In this document: positions 29,380 to 43,158 of the stretch, piece after piece
Position numbering within the stretch: the stretch's first letter is position 1
How the letters are laid out: every line of letters begins with the position of its first letter
Source of the DNA: Eledone cirrhosa
Taxonomy: Eukaryota
Length of the DNA stretch: 64,000 bases
Direction: 5' to 3'
Assembly (NCBI GenBank): GCA_964016885.1
Contig: OZ024747.1
Coordinates: 36,022,001-36,086,000 of the forward strand
Notes under the pieces: generated by a model
Told to the model about the DNA's origin: nothing
The model's input: the letters and a program-made list of their open reading frames with translations, nothing else
Database searches by the model: none
Position numbers and translations under genes: made by a program

Positions 29380-29565
29380 GGGCGGTGGATTGGCAGTATC
29401 GGTAGAGGGTCGGACGCCATGCTTTCAAGCATAGTTACGTCCCTTTACGATCTGAGTTCAAATCCCGCCGAGGTTGACTTTGCCTTTCATCCTTACGGGG
29501 TCGATAAAATAAAGTACCAATAATGCACTGGTAATTGCTGGCCTTGTGCCTAAAGTAGAAACAAG
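29380..29565 (+). mobile_element. tRNA-derived SINE with Meta-like core (octopus-type)
   Basis: ggcggtggattggcagtatcggtag (A box-like), gagttcaaatcccgcc (B box-like), gactttgcctttcatccttacggggtcgataaaataaagtacc. Confidence 0.8.
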
Positions 29566-29999
29566 TAATTATTTATATTTTAGCTTTCTTTACACAGACA
29601 ATATTTTTATTTTATTTTTTAACTATTTTCAAGTGAAAACGATTAAAGAAATATGTCTTGGCATATTTAAAGAATATTCTTAAGTGAGAATGACCTTCCA
29701 ATTTCATTTTACATTATATATATGTCTATGTATATTTTAATTATTTAAAAATTCTTTTGAAATGAACGTGACCTTACTGGTATAGTATACTACTAAAATT
29801 CTATGATTGCGTGTTTGCTAGTCGTAAGAATATGTGCATCTTACTAATTTCATAGCACTAAATTCAGTTTTGATATTCATTTTTTGCTATCGGACCAGAA
29901 TGCCTTCATATGAGATCGAAAATATGTTCCTCGTATTGCATTATTTATCCATTGTGTAACATATGATGACTTAAATATAAACATATTAACATATTAATA

Positions 30000-31754
30000 A
30001 AAATATATAAACATATTTTTATCTATTTTTTTGACACTTAGTATATTAACAAAACATTTCTGAACAACATTCTGAACATAACAAAATATTTCAAAACATT
30101 TCTAAAAGAATTTCTGGATTTTGCTTTTACGCTTGTTTTACTGGCTCTCCTCAGGTTGCAGTGTCCAGCAGTAGTCTCCCATCATGTTGGGGTTGAACCG
30201 ACCCTGATACCTACTCTCCATTATGGCAATGTCGTGGTGAAACCTGTCTCCATGTTCATCACTGATGTCTCCTAGATTACTTGGGAAGAAATCCAGATGA
30301 GAATGGAAGAAATGAAGCTTCAACGTCATTCGTGAACTCAGAGCGCGATAATTTTATATCATGGTTTCAACAATTTCTTTATAGTTGTCTGCACGGTGGT
30401 TTCCAAGAAAGTTCTGTGTCACATCTACAAATGATTTCCATGCATTAGTCTCCAAAGGGTTTAGTGTTTTCGTAAACTCACTATCATTAACCAACATACG
30501 AATCTGAGGACCATTCAAAACCCCTGCTTTTAACTTTGCTTCAGATACCACTCTACACAATTTCTTACACAAGTACTGAAACCTATTACCTGTATGATCC
30601 GTGCTTTTAATAAAGTTTTTGGCCAAGCCTAATTTGAGATGTAATGGAGGGAGGAATACTTTTTCTGGATCCACGAGAGGTTTGTACAGACAGTTGAATC
30701 TACCGGGTGCATCCGTTGGTCTTGTTGGCCAATCCTTCTTCATGTAGTGCTCCGCATCTGCTCTACGATTCCACAAATATAAAAAAAACACATATTCTTT
30801 GTGTAACCAGTCTGAAGACCTAAAAGTAGACTAATTAAGTTGTTTATGACGATGACGAGCGGTTGTAATGCGGACGCCAGGTTCCAACAGGTTTCCTAGC
30901 TCCAGTCTTGATCCCAAGAGCTCAGCCTTTTCTTTAGACAAATGTAGGTCTCTAATGAGATCGTGAAGGGCTTCCTGGTTAAATGGTATGGGTTCACTTG
31001 TCTCATGTTCGTCTTGATAGTCATCATTAATAGGGGTGCTACTAGAATCAGAATCAGAGATTAGCTCGTGTTCAGCAGGTACTGGTCGGATTGCTGAGGA
31101 GATATCGGGGTATTGAAGTGTAGTTCGTGTCTTCACAGCAATTCTGGATGTATATATGGCAGAAGTAGCAATCGTTATTGTGGTCTTTTGGTTCTCGCCA
31201 CACCATTTGTACGGCAAATGGCAAACCAGAGCTTCGTTTCTCATTCTTCCATTCACTTAGATGATTAACACATGACCTACACGCTATATGAGGCGCCCAT
31301 TTCTTGTCCTGGTCTCCTAACGGAGATTTGAAGTAGGATTTGTAGTTTACTCGAACTGCTTTTGTGATTGGTTTGTTTATGTTTTCTGGGGTAAAGAGTC
31401 CACAAATATACCAAAATAGGTCCGGGTCATTTAAACATTTCCGGCGTTCCATCTCTCCCACTAGTAAAAGTTGTTGTGAATCATCCAAGAATAGCTGAGG
31501 ATAGTTACAATTCTGTGATCTGAAACAAAAGCAGTAAGTATAAATTAGTTAACAACTAAATATAGTGGATACAATTGGATGAAGTAATATGAGCCACATA
31601 GCTATGGGTCATAAACATGGATATGCTGGTTCTCGAAAACTAAAGCCGATACAGCTTAACTGTTGTCATATTCAGATTCTGCACATTTGACTACCCTAGA
31701 ATCATACTAAATTATAACAGAAACATGAAATGAATATTTTTTTATTGACCAGTG
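30000..31754 (-). mobile_element. Decayed Chapaev3-like (CMC) DNA transposon
   Basis: CLNDPDLFWYICG, WAPHIACRSC, PFAVQMVWREPKDHNNDCYFC, LIRDLHLSKEKAELLGSRL, LPPLHLKLGL, LKLHFFHSHLDFFPSNLGDISDEHGDRFHHDI; terminus CACTGGTCAATAA (minus strand) at 31754 flanked by TAA; other terminus not found, so the start is approximate. Confidence 0.7.
30138..31488 (-). pseudogene. Frameshifted, internally deleted transposase
   Basis: ORF pieces 31072-31488, 30831-31256, 30354-30791 and 30138-30329. Confidence 0.8.
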
Positions 31755-31799
31755 TAATCAATGTTTTCGTTTTTTAGAGAACAGCTTAATTGCGATAGG

Positions 31800-33480
31800 G
31801 AAGTTGAGAATTTCTTATCTATTCACATAAAGGTATGTTTATGGTTAAAACAAGGTTCCTTAAATGTTGATGAAGTCCCCCTATGTAATTTATACAATTT
31901 ATCATAAGTTTTAACGGTGCATTTATACATTAAATTTCGGTCGAGGCATTTATTATCTAACGGGCAAGAGGGATTGCTTTACAATTACAATGTCTTATGT
32001 TATTATTTGATGATATAGCTCTATTATTTAGATGTAAATTGTTACTATTGCTAATGCTATTATCGATAGTATTGTTAGTCCTGGGGGTTATTTCTATTTG
32101 GTTTAATTTGAGATTCCTATAATTCATTTTTGCTATATTTTGGGCTATATTCATAGTTGTTGAGTATGATAGTTAGATAGTACGTCTATTAAATATGTGG
32201 TAATATTTATAGGTTCTAGGAAACATTTATCGAGAGCTCTAAAGAACTGTTGTGCTAAATTGGTGGACAATACCATATTATAGCACGGAATCTGGCTTTT
32301 CTATGTGATTTGTTATTTTTGTTTATATGAGGGTTATTCTGGTTATGAAGTTGATTTATGTTATTATTATGTGAATTAACTCCTTTATGATATGGGTATA
32401 ATTATCCTTACCTATGTAATTACTTTTATTACATTAGCCTGCCCTATAGAGCGCTTCATTGTAGTATTCTGCCTTATTGTCAAATATATCTTTATTAGCG
32501 GAGAGTCTTGAAATTCTGAGTTGAACACTATTGACTATAGCTTTCTTAACATTTTTAGGGTGGATGGAATAGAAGCTAACATAATTCAGGCTTCCATTTA
32601 ACTTATGGAATGAGTAGTATAGGACAGAATTAAGATTTAAGGTAACGTCTATGAAATTAACTATTTTATTTATGTTTTCTATTTCCAGTTTAGGGTCATA
32701 ATTATTAAAGAAGTCAATTATGATTTTCTTTTTTTTTTATTAAGGACACTATTGCTATGGTTATTTACTATAAATAATGCATCATCACATATAAACCACC
32801 GGCATTTTCAGGCAGTTATCTATGTATAGATTTAAGGATGTAAATACCAACGAGGTCTGTAACCAGAGCTGAGTCCGAAGGCCCTGATATATCTGTATGT
32901 TTTGATGCGTAAATTAATGCTTTGTTAAGTAAAGTTGGAGTTATAGAAGAATAATGGTTAGGTATATCCATTTGGATGAATTTAGTGTTATTTATAAATT
33001 TAAGGTTTACAAACCAGTCTATTACTTCATTAGTTCCATTCCAAAGTCTGAGATGTGATTTTAATTTTAAGATCGGTAACATTCTGTCTAGTACGTTTTC
33101 GATTATGATCCCTAAATCCGATTTAGAGGTGTTTATGAGTTTGACAGGTAGATCAGATTCGAAATTGTTTTTGTGATCCTTCATGTTCAGTTTGGGTTGT
33201 CAAGGTGTAAAAGGTTCCGTGTTGCGTTCAATTCATAGTGTGGTGATAAGTCTGAAGGCTTCTTTATTTAAGGTTGAAAGATCTTCCTTGCAAGTTTTTT
33301 TGTAATTTTTCCTAAGCTCTTTCAATATTAAATTGTTATAGTCGTCCTTTTCTATTCCATAGACATTATTTGTTTCATCCGATTTAACAAGGATTTTGTT
33401 TGTTTTCTTCATGTTATCAATTTTATTTTTAAGGCCTTTTAGATAATCCTGGCCTCTGGAAAGATTTTATTTATTTCATG
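31800..33480 (-). pseudogene. Decayed Penelope-like element (same clade as 41031 and 23897)
   Basis: MKDHKNNF..PVKLINTSKSDLG, IQMDIPNHYSSIT, DSALVTDLVGIY, HCNCK. Confidence 0.8.
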
Positions 33481-33519
33481 CCTTTATTTATATTGATTGT
33501 ATATATATATATATATATA

Positions 33520-34002
33520 GTTAAAAGAATAGAGGTGTAACACACAAGTTATTATATATTGGTAAACGGAATAGAAAATGCTGACAAATTGTTCACAGTT
33601 GAAAAATGGTTTAATTAGGAATAAAAGAGTATTAGTGATTGTATGGGTTAGTATTCAGTTGTGGTTTTAAGTTTTTAAGTTTTTACCGGTTGCGCATTTC
33701 TAAATGCTTTTCAAAAATAATTTTGAGATAGAGTGTCCGTGGTGTTTGCTCTGATCAGAGCAAAAATAATTTTGAGATAGAGTGTCCGTGCTGTTTGCTC
33801 AGATCAGAGCAAACAGCACGGACACTCTATCTCGAAATTATTTTTGAAAAGCATTTAGAAATGCGCAACAGGTAAAAACTTAAAAACTTAAAACCACAAC
33901 TGAATACTAACCCATACAATCGCTAATACTCTTTTCTCTTTTATTCCTAATCAAACCATTTTTCAACTGTGAACAATTTGTCAGCATTTTCTATTCCGTT
34001 TA

Positions 34003-34008
<6 letters not shown>
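33520..34008. mobile_element. Palindromic insertion with TTGAAAA-type HHR (~33840-33878)
   Basis: Arms ~33553-33800 and ~33806-34008; ttt-TTGAAAA-gcattt-ag-aaatgc-GCAA-c(c/a)gg-TA-aaaa; ~49 bp tandem duplication near the centre; left tail 33520-33552. Confidence 0.8.
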
Positions 34009-34068
<60 letters not shown>

Positions 34069-34072
34069 TGAG

Positions 34073-34119
34073 ATTCTACAGGACTAGAACTGTTTCATTC
34101 TTTAGAAATCATCAGGAAT
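34073..34119 (-). ncRNA. Canonical hammerhead as a ~55 bp solo insert in (TA)n; related decayed copy at ~53925-53970 (+)
   Basis: attc-CTGATGA-t-ttct-aa-agaa-t-GAAA-cag-ttctagtc-ctg-TA-gaat. Confidence 0.8.
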
Positions 34120-34129
34120 ATATATATAT

Positions 34130-34825
34130 AATTATGATTCGTGCTCTGAAATAGCGATGTATACATGAATACATGTATACATGAAATGTATGTATTTGGC
34201 AATATACCGTATGTTTAATTAAAAATATTTTGAAGAGCTTGCCCTATCATTTTAAAGTAGTGATTCCGTCACTTACTTTGTTCTCTGGCAAAGGAAGGGA
34301 GACGAGCGGACAGATTCTGTTCACACTGTTGGTGTCGCTCACAGCAACGTACTACCTGGAAACAGAATCTGTCAGCTTCTCTCCCTTCCTTTGCTGAAAA
34401 ACGAAGTAAGTGACTTAGTCACTACATTAAAATTATGGCTCAAGATCTTCAACATATTTTTAAGTAAGCATACTGTATATTGCCAAATATACTATACATA
34501 CATTCATGTATACATCGCTATTTCAGAGCACCAATCCTAATCTTTAATTTTTGCTGGACCGGCAACCGATCTCTATAATTATTCCTGATTATTACTGGAA
34601 TTTTATAAGAATCCAGCCTCTATAATTTTCGCCAGAAGCAGGATGTACGTTGCTCTGAGGAACACCAACAGTGTGAAACAGAATCTGTCAGCTTCTCTCC
34701 CTTCCTTTGCCGAAAAAAGAAGTAAGTGAAATAGTAACTACTTTAAAATGATAGCGCAAGGTCTTCAAAATGATTTTTATTAAACAAGCGGTATATTGCC
34801 AAATATACTATACATACATTCATAT
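34130..34825. mobile_element. Retrozyme-like ~317 nt HHR unit: about 1.5 tandem copies (+) plus one inverted partial copy
   Basis: aacagaatctgtcagcttctctccc at ~34361 and ~34677; ~34130-34355 inverted; HHR 34652-34692 gct-CTGAGGA-acac-caaca-gtgt-GAAA-cag-aat-ctg-TC-agc. Confidence 0.78.
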
Positions 34826-34834
34826 ATATATATA

Positions 34835-36045
34835 TCCAAAATTAAATTAGGGGTGTCATGTCCGAGAGACATGCGCCATATCCACTGTAGAATATTCTCA
34901 AAGATTCAAATGAATAGATCTCAAAGATTCAAATGAATAGATCCGAGCCGTTTATATCAACTAGAAATTGATTGACATATATATTAAAAATAAACATATG
35001 AAACAATCACAGGGACGAATTTGTAAAGTGTGTAAGCACACACAGTTACGTAGGTAACTAATTAAAGTTTAACTATAACTTTAAATACAGATACCTTTTA
35101 AAATCAATAATCTTCATTAAAGAAATATATTTCACCATAAATCGATCAGTAAATCGCAGTAGTCAAATCTCGGATTTTAAACAAGGGAGAAGATTTAACT
35201 ATCTGTGTTTACACAGCAAATGCAAATCTGCGAATGACTAGTAGCACGTGTTGCATCTTTTTAAAAATACACACATCATACCAGAGTTATCTCAGTGGCG
35301 TGAATAGGATGATTGACAAATAGAAATAGCAGCCGAGTCCTTTCAACTGAGTTAGCTCTACAATTAAGGGGCCGTATATATATATATATATATCCAAAAT
35401 TAAATTAAGGGTGACATGTCCGAGAGACATGCACCATATCCACTGTAGAATATGCTCAAAGATTCCAATGAATAGATCCAAGCATTTTATATCAACTAGA
35501 AGTTGATTGACACATATATGTATATCTAAAATAAACATATGAAACAATCACAGGGAATAACTTGTAAAGTGTGTAAACACACAAAGCTAGGTAGGTAACT
35601 AATTAAAGTTTAACTAGAGCACTTTAATATAAAGATACCTTTTAAAATGATTAATCTTCCTCATATATATTTCATTAAAGAAACATCAATCGATCGGTAA
35701 ATCACAGTAGTCAAATACGGATTTTCAACATAGGAGAAGATTTCAATATCAGTGTTTACACAGCAAATGCAAACACAGATAGTTAAATCTTCTCCCTTGT
35801 TAAAAATCCGAGAATTGACTACTGTGATTTACCGATCGATTGATGGTGAAATATATTTCTTTAATGAAATATATATAAGGAAGATTAATCATTTTAAAAG
35901 GTATCTACATCTAAAGGTCTAGTTTAACTGTAATTAGTTATCTACCTAACTGTGTGTACTTACACACATTACACATTTTCCCCTGTCATAGTTCCATGTG
36001 TTTATTTTATATTTAGATATATGTCAATCAATTTCCAGATGATAT
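34835..36045. repeat. ~558 bp tandem unit (2 copies) followed by an inverted partial copy
   Basis: ~34835-35230 matches ~35393-35772; ~35772-36040 is the reverse complement; bounded by (TA)n; no clear HHR. Confidence 0.75.
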
Positions 36046-36059
36046 ATATATATATATAT

Positions 36060-36886
36060 GTTAGTTAGCACCCCGAACACATAATTAGGAATATAATCAC
36101 TTATTTCCTAATGTTTGTTGAGTGAGTTGGAATTTGGCCGGAGTATCGCTAAAAAGCTTTCTCCGATATTGCATTTATTTACTTACTCTTGGCGCAGCAG
36201 ATTTGAAAAAAATTCTCGGTATAAGGTTAGCATTTCTTTGTTTATTTTTTATATATGAATATTGATTGTTCCTCATATCTCATTCTGTTATTTTGCCCGA
36301 GAAAATATCTGTGTGTGTCATCAAATGTTGTACACACATAGATATTTTTTTCAATTTACAATTGAGTTCTTAGCACGTGGCCTGAATTCCTTTCAGAGTT
36401 CATTGTCACGCGCTTGTATTGTTTTTTTTTTTGGCGGTAATTCACTTCCTCATTTTTTTAATCAGTTCGAACACTTCTTTCAGAACTGCTGGACTGGCAA
36501 CCTGACAGATACCTCAGGCACAGAAAGTGATTATCGCTAAATGCTGATGTTGGTTAGATTATCAATATTAGTATTATTGGGGCACCCACTGATGAATTAT
36601 AGGAGCCCACTTGAATATATATCTAGTGATGGTATACAAGCTCCTACATAAATTGATATAATTTCACCCAAATTGTAGGAATCCTATAAAGAAACGAGAC
36701 GTCCGTCTGGGAAGAGATATATTAGATATGTCTCATTTGAAATAATACAGCCAATTTTCCACGCAATACTTTTAGTTAGCACCCCGAACACATAATTGGG
36801 AATATAATCACTTATTTCCTAATGTTTGTTGAGTGAGTTGGAATTTGGCCGGAGTATCGCTAAAAAACTTTCTCCGATATTGTATT

Positions 36887-36890
<4 letters not shown>
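36060..36890. repeat. ~118 bp direct repeats flanking ~590 bp, between (TA)n tracts
   Basis: ttagttagcaccccgaacacataatt...ctccgatattg at 36061 and 36773. Confidence 0.7.
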
Positions 36891-36967
<77 letters not shown>

Positions 36968-36986
36968 TATATACATATATATATAC

Positions 36987-37017
<31 letters not shown>

Positions 37018-37032
37018 CATATATATATATAA

Positions 37033-37151
<119 letters not shown>

Positions 37152-38312
37152 GATAAATCTACCAAGAGTTTACGGTAGTGTCCAATCCGTATGAAGAACT
37201 CAATGTATTCCGGATATCATGGAAAGAAGAGATGTAATGAAAATCCACTTTCGGTGAAAGATAAACGGTATACAGAGTCAAGATAAAATATTAAGCAAAT
37301 AATGAATAAACAATTCCTTATATTAAACAAAAAAAGTTCATTATTTAACGATCGTTTCTAGGGTATATATGTGTTATAATTGGTATGCATATTCAACAGA
37401 TCTATGTACAAAATTATACAAAATTATACAAATTATCAAGATTAAATATACATACCTAACACATATATACGCCGTCTTCAGAAATAATGAAGTATATTTA
37501 TTGATAATAACAACAATTCAAAATATCAGTTCAAAATTGACCAATGAAAACACAAAGGGTCAAAAGCAGTTCGGTGTGTGTATATACATGTAAAATCCTT
37601 ACACATATTTTACAATAATGTGTGTATAATTTGTATGCGCATACTAAAAAGATGGATGCAAACACAAAATTTCAAGGTTAATATCTCTGTAAGCTTAATG
37701 CGCTGATAAGATGCGCATTGATACTTATGGAGTCAAGCATATAAATATATTTTTTCATACTCACACATATCAGTATAATCACACATACATGCGCGTATAT
37801 GCATAAATATACACATAACCACGAACATACAAACACACACACACACCCCCACTCACATTTATATATGTGGATATAAAATCATAAGCACATAGAAATTAAG
37901 TCACTCACATAAAACACTGGCACACACATTTCAAGATCAAGATACGGAAATTAGGTGGGAGGGGGGGGAGGGGTCAGTATTCAATTGTCTGAGCAGACTG
38001 CCTAATATAAATGTATCTATAAATTAAGAAAAATAAAAAAATAAAAACAATAAAATATAATAAATAGAATATAATGTACATACACATACAGATATATATA
38101 CACATACATACATGTACGCGCACATAGAGATATTTACGCATACACACATACACACATACATATACAGTCATATACACACATACACTTACACGAACATACA
38201 CATACACATATAAAAAGATATATATATACACACACACACGCGCAACACATACACACATACACATATATATAAAAAATAGATAATAAAGATATATATCCAT
38301 ATATATATATAT

Positions 38313-38363
<51 letters not shown>

Positions 38364-38454
38364 CATATACACATACATACACATACATCTAAATATACAT
38401 ACACATACATACACACATACATGTACATACATGTACATACATATACGCACATCG

Positions 38455-38502
<48 letters not shown>

Positions 38503-38826
38503 TCACATAGACATAAAGATACATACACACACAACTTACATACACACGTATATATATATATATATAGATGTACCTTCATACATAGAATTAGATATATAAT
38601 CATACATACATATGCACCTACTTATACTCATATAAATAAATACATACGCTTCCATATATGTGTATATACATAAAAAACAATACAACCTCACCAAACTCAG
38701 ACATACAAATGAAAATAATAATAAAAAGGCATATGTATATACATACACACACGCATTAATAGAGATATATATATATATATACACACACACATACACATAT
38801 ATATATACATACACACACACATATAT

Positions 38827-38874
<48 letters not shown>

Positions 38875-38887
38875 GCACACACATAGA

Positions 38888-38924
<37 letters not shown>

Positions 38925-39265
38925 ATATATATCCACACACTCATACCACCATAAATACACATACAAACACCCACATGTATATATATATATATATATATAT
39001 ATATTTCATTACTCTTATATATACACATATTATATATACATACACAACCTCACTTATACACATATACACATAAGTTATATTACAATAATAATAAAGAATA
39101 ATATACATATATATATATACATATACATATATATATATATATATATATACATACATACATACACATACATACATACACATAAATATATACATACATAAAT
39201 ACACACATACGAATAAAGACATATATTCACACATAGACACCTATATATATATATATATATATATC

Positions 39266-39316
<51 letters not shown>

Positions 39317-40459
39317 ACACACACACACACAGACACACATACACACTCACATATATATATATATATATATATGTGTATGTGAGTGTGCGCACATACACAT
39401 ATATACACACACACATACAAACACACACAAACACATACATATGCATACGTGCACACACACACACATATATCACATAGATACGAAGATAAACATATAAATA
39501 GAGAGACATACATATATATACACAACACACATACACATACATACATACACGCATATACATATACATACATATATACACGTATATATATTCCTATATATAC
39601 AAGCATACACATACATACACATATATACACATACATACACATATACATACAACACATTCACATACACATACATATATAATACATATATATACATATATAT
39701 ACATACATATGTATGTACAATCATATATACACACACAATCTTACATTCATATTTGCATGCTCATATATGTATTTTTATATTTAGATATAAATACCCAAAC
39801 CTATATAGACACCTACCTACATATATATTCATACATAGACGCTTACAAATACAGATGATAATAGTATGGGGGAAAGGGGGGGTTTGGAGAAGGGGATCAA
39901 AGTAAATATATGTTTCAAGAAACATATAATATTTTCCGTATCTTAATTCAATGTATGTTCTTACATATTTTCAGTGCTAGGAAATACGAAATCTATGCAT
40001 CTCAAAATAAATAAGTATACCATTAATCATATGTTAACTAAACCAAAGATAGTCAACATATTGATTTCTAAGGTGTAAATTAGTTAGGTTTATAATATTT
40101 GAAGCAGAATTTTGAAGTCAAACAGTAGTAGATTATTAATTACATTATAACTAAATTAAAGTTAATAACGTTATGGTATCAATATTAGGAGATGAATTTA
40201 GTAATAGGGAAAAGAAACCCAAATAAAAATAAAATAAAATATTACATCGGTAGTAACATATAAATTATATGTTAACTAAATTAAAAATTATATATTTATT
40301 TCAATAGTATACGTTAATTAGTATATGTTAATTAGGTATACAATACATAAAGCAGATATTGTATTTCATCAATAGCATAATATAATTATATGCAAATAGA
40401 AATCAAAATTAATACGCATACATATACATATACATATACATACACATATACATACATAT

Positions 40460-40502
<43 letters not shown>

Positions 40503-41030
40503 TATATACACACATATACATACATACAGATACACATACACAACACACACATATACATATACATATACATATACATATCTTTTTCAAAAAATTGCACAGA
40601 ATATATTAGGTATATATCCAAAACACATCCCATTCTATGATTACATGACATTCTGCAATTCGTCTGTATAAGGATACTAATTTTAAGCAAATTAAAATAA
40701 AAGTTTTAGGTTGATTAAAACTAAAACCAAATAATAAATATATTTCCAAAATGTATATTAATTAGGTCTATAATACTAAAAATTCTTTCTCCGTCATTGG
40801 ATACATGATATTATTTTGTTATATTTTATCTGTAAAAGAATTATAATAAAAGGTTTAAATAAATTAAAATTAATCTATAAATTAAATTACTAAGTATATA
40901 TTAGTAATATTTAAAGGTTTTTCACAATTTATGATTACATAATATTTTCTCATCTGTAATAAAATATTAATTAAATTAAATTTATAGGTTAACTAACATT
41001 TAAATTAAATTAATTTCTAGAATAATGTTA

Positions 41031-43009
41031 TTAATTAGGTTTATAATATTTAAATGTTTTTTTTAATTTATGATTACACGATATAATTAATTCCTGTCGT
41101 TTATTTAATAAGATATCCTTAGACTTCATTATTTCAAATAGTTCTTGGGAACATAATCTACATTCCTTTCTATTATTTTGATAAGGGGTGGCTCTTTTGA
41201 GCACACTCCAGGTCAAATCATATTTTATATTCTTATTTTTATAACTATTGATTTTTTCTGCTAGAGATGTTGTATTAGCCAGTGCGGCATTTTTAAAACT
41301 ATGTTTGTGGGTATTAAACCTTGTCTTAAAATTGTTAGAGGTAGCTCCTATATATGAGCAAATAGAATCTTTAGTTTTAACATTACATTTATAGACTATG
41401 TTGTTAACAAGACAATTCCCTTTTAATGGGCAGTTTGTTTTGTTTCTACAGTTACATCCTTTCGTTAATTCTGTATTTGAGGAGATATTATTGTTAATTT
41501 GATGTACTGGTGGTATACTTATGGTTTTCTTACATTTATATGCATTATATGCACTTATATTTTGTTTTATGTTATTTGTTGTAGAGTATGAGAATTTAAC
41601 TGTAGACCTATTTAAGATTTGATGGTATTTGTGGTTTGGCGGGAAGTTTTTCTCAAGGATATAAAAAAATTTTTTAGCAATATTATCCTTAACTTGTAAA
41701 TTAAAAGGAGCATTATACCAAGTAACTCGTCTATTACGGTTTCTATGTTGTTTATTATTTTTATTATTTTTATAGGTTGTATCATGATTTTTACTAGGAG
41801 GATTAATGTTAATGATCTCACCACAACTATTTTTAGTTATATTTGTAGATTTAGGTGTTTTATCTTTTTTATTAGGAGTTTTATTATTAATATTTATTAT
41901 AGTTGTATGATGAGTAGTTTTTTGAGGGTTACTATACTTTATATTAGAAGATTTAGTATTTTGGGGTATATTGTGGGTGGCATTTAGGTATGTACTTTTC
42001 ATTTGGTGTTTGTTGGTAATATTATGCTGTATGCTTTCAGTATTTTTAGTAGAAGGTATATACTCTAATCTATTTTTGTGGCCACTTCTATCTAGAGCTT
42101 CATTATAAAAGGTCGCATTTTTATCAAATACATCTTGGTTAGAAGAAAGGTTAGAAATTCTAAGTGATATATTATATGCAAGGTTTTTAAGGATAGATTT
42201 AGGGTGATTAGATTGTGAGTGTATGTAATGTAAGTTTTGGTTAGGTTTATGGTAAGGTTGGTATATACCCGTAGCTAAATCTAAAGTTATATCTAGGAAA
42301 TTTACTACTTTACTTGTTTTTTCAAAAGTAATATTAAGATTATAATAGTCTTTAAGGAAAGTTCTAATATGTTTTTTGTTTCTTTCGATTTCTGAAAGGC
42401 TAAGGTTGTTAGAAAGAAGAAGACAGTCATCACGATATAAACCACCTTTGAGGTGGGGAAAAGAGGCATTTATGTTGAAAAGGAGAAAGAGGCCCACAAG
42501 ATCAGTAATTTGGGCGGAATCGCTTGAACCCATAGTAATATCAAAAAGATTACTGTATGTGTTTCTGGTCCAGTATTCATTCTGAAATTCAATAAGTGTT
42601 AGTCTAGCATGTGTAATAATGTTAATGTCATCCGAAGTTAAATTAGATCTATTTTTAGCAAATATTAATGCTTTGTTCAGGAGTATGGGTGATATAGAAG
42701 AATAGTAATTATCTATATCAAATTGTAGGAAAGAAGCAGAAGATTTACACCTAATATTTTTAAACCAATTAATTACCTGGGAGGTGTTTTCCCAGAGTGG
42801 TAAAATAACGTATTTTCTTATTTGTGGGATGACTCTATCTAAAATTTTTTTGCTAATTATTCCAATATCTGATTTGGAGGGACATATAAGTCTAATAGAA
42901 GGATTAGAGTTAAAGTTAGATTTGTGATCTTTCAGGTTGAAGTGTGGTCTTTTCAATGCCAAAGGTTCAGTTCTATCTTCAATGTTTAGTTTTTTTACTA
43001 TGTTGTGTG
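41031..43009 (-). CDS. PLE RT plus GIY-YIG endonuclease, open frame, 5'-truncated
   Basis: NLKDHKSNF, RLICPSKSDIG, QFDIDNYYSSI, TMGSSDSAQITDLVG, GGLYRDD, VNFLDITLDL, YIHSQSNHP, N/K/T-rich insert, WYNAPF, CNCRNKTNCPLKGNCL, IVYKC...YIGATSNNFKTRFNTH, CRLCSQE. Confidence 0.92.
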
Positions 43010-43158
43010 AGAAAGAAGAAGACAGTCATCACGATATAAACCACCTTTGAGGTGGGGAAAAGAGGCATTTATGTTGAAAAGGAGAAAAAGGCCCACAAGA
43101 TCAGTAATTTGGGCGGAATCGCTTGAACCCATAGTAATATCAAAAAGATTACTGTATG

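Noticed and set aside
29380-29470. tRNA gene
   Set aside because: A/B-box-like head of a multi-copy SINE; no complete cloverleaf.
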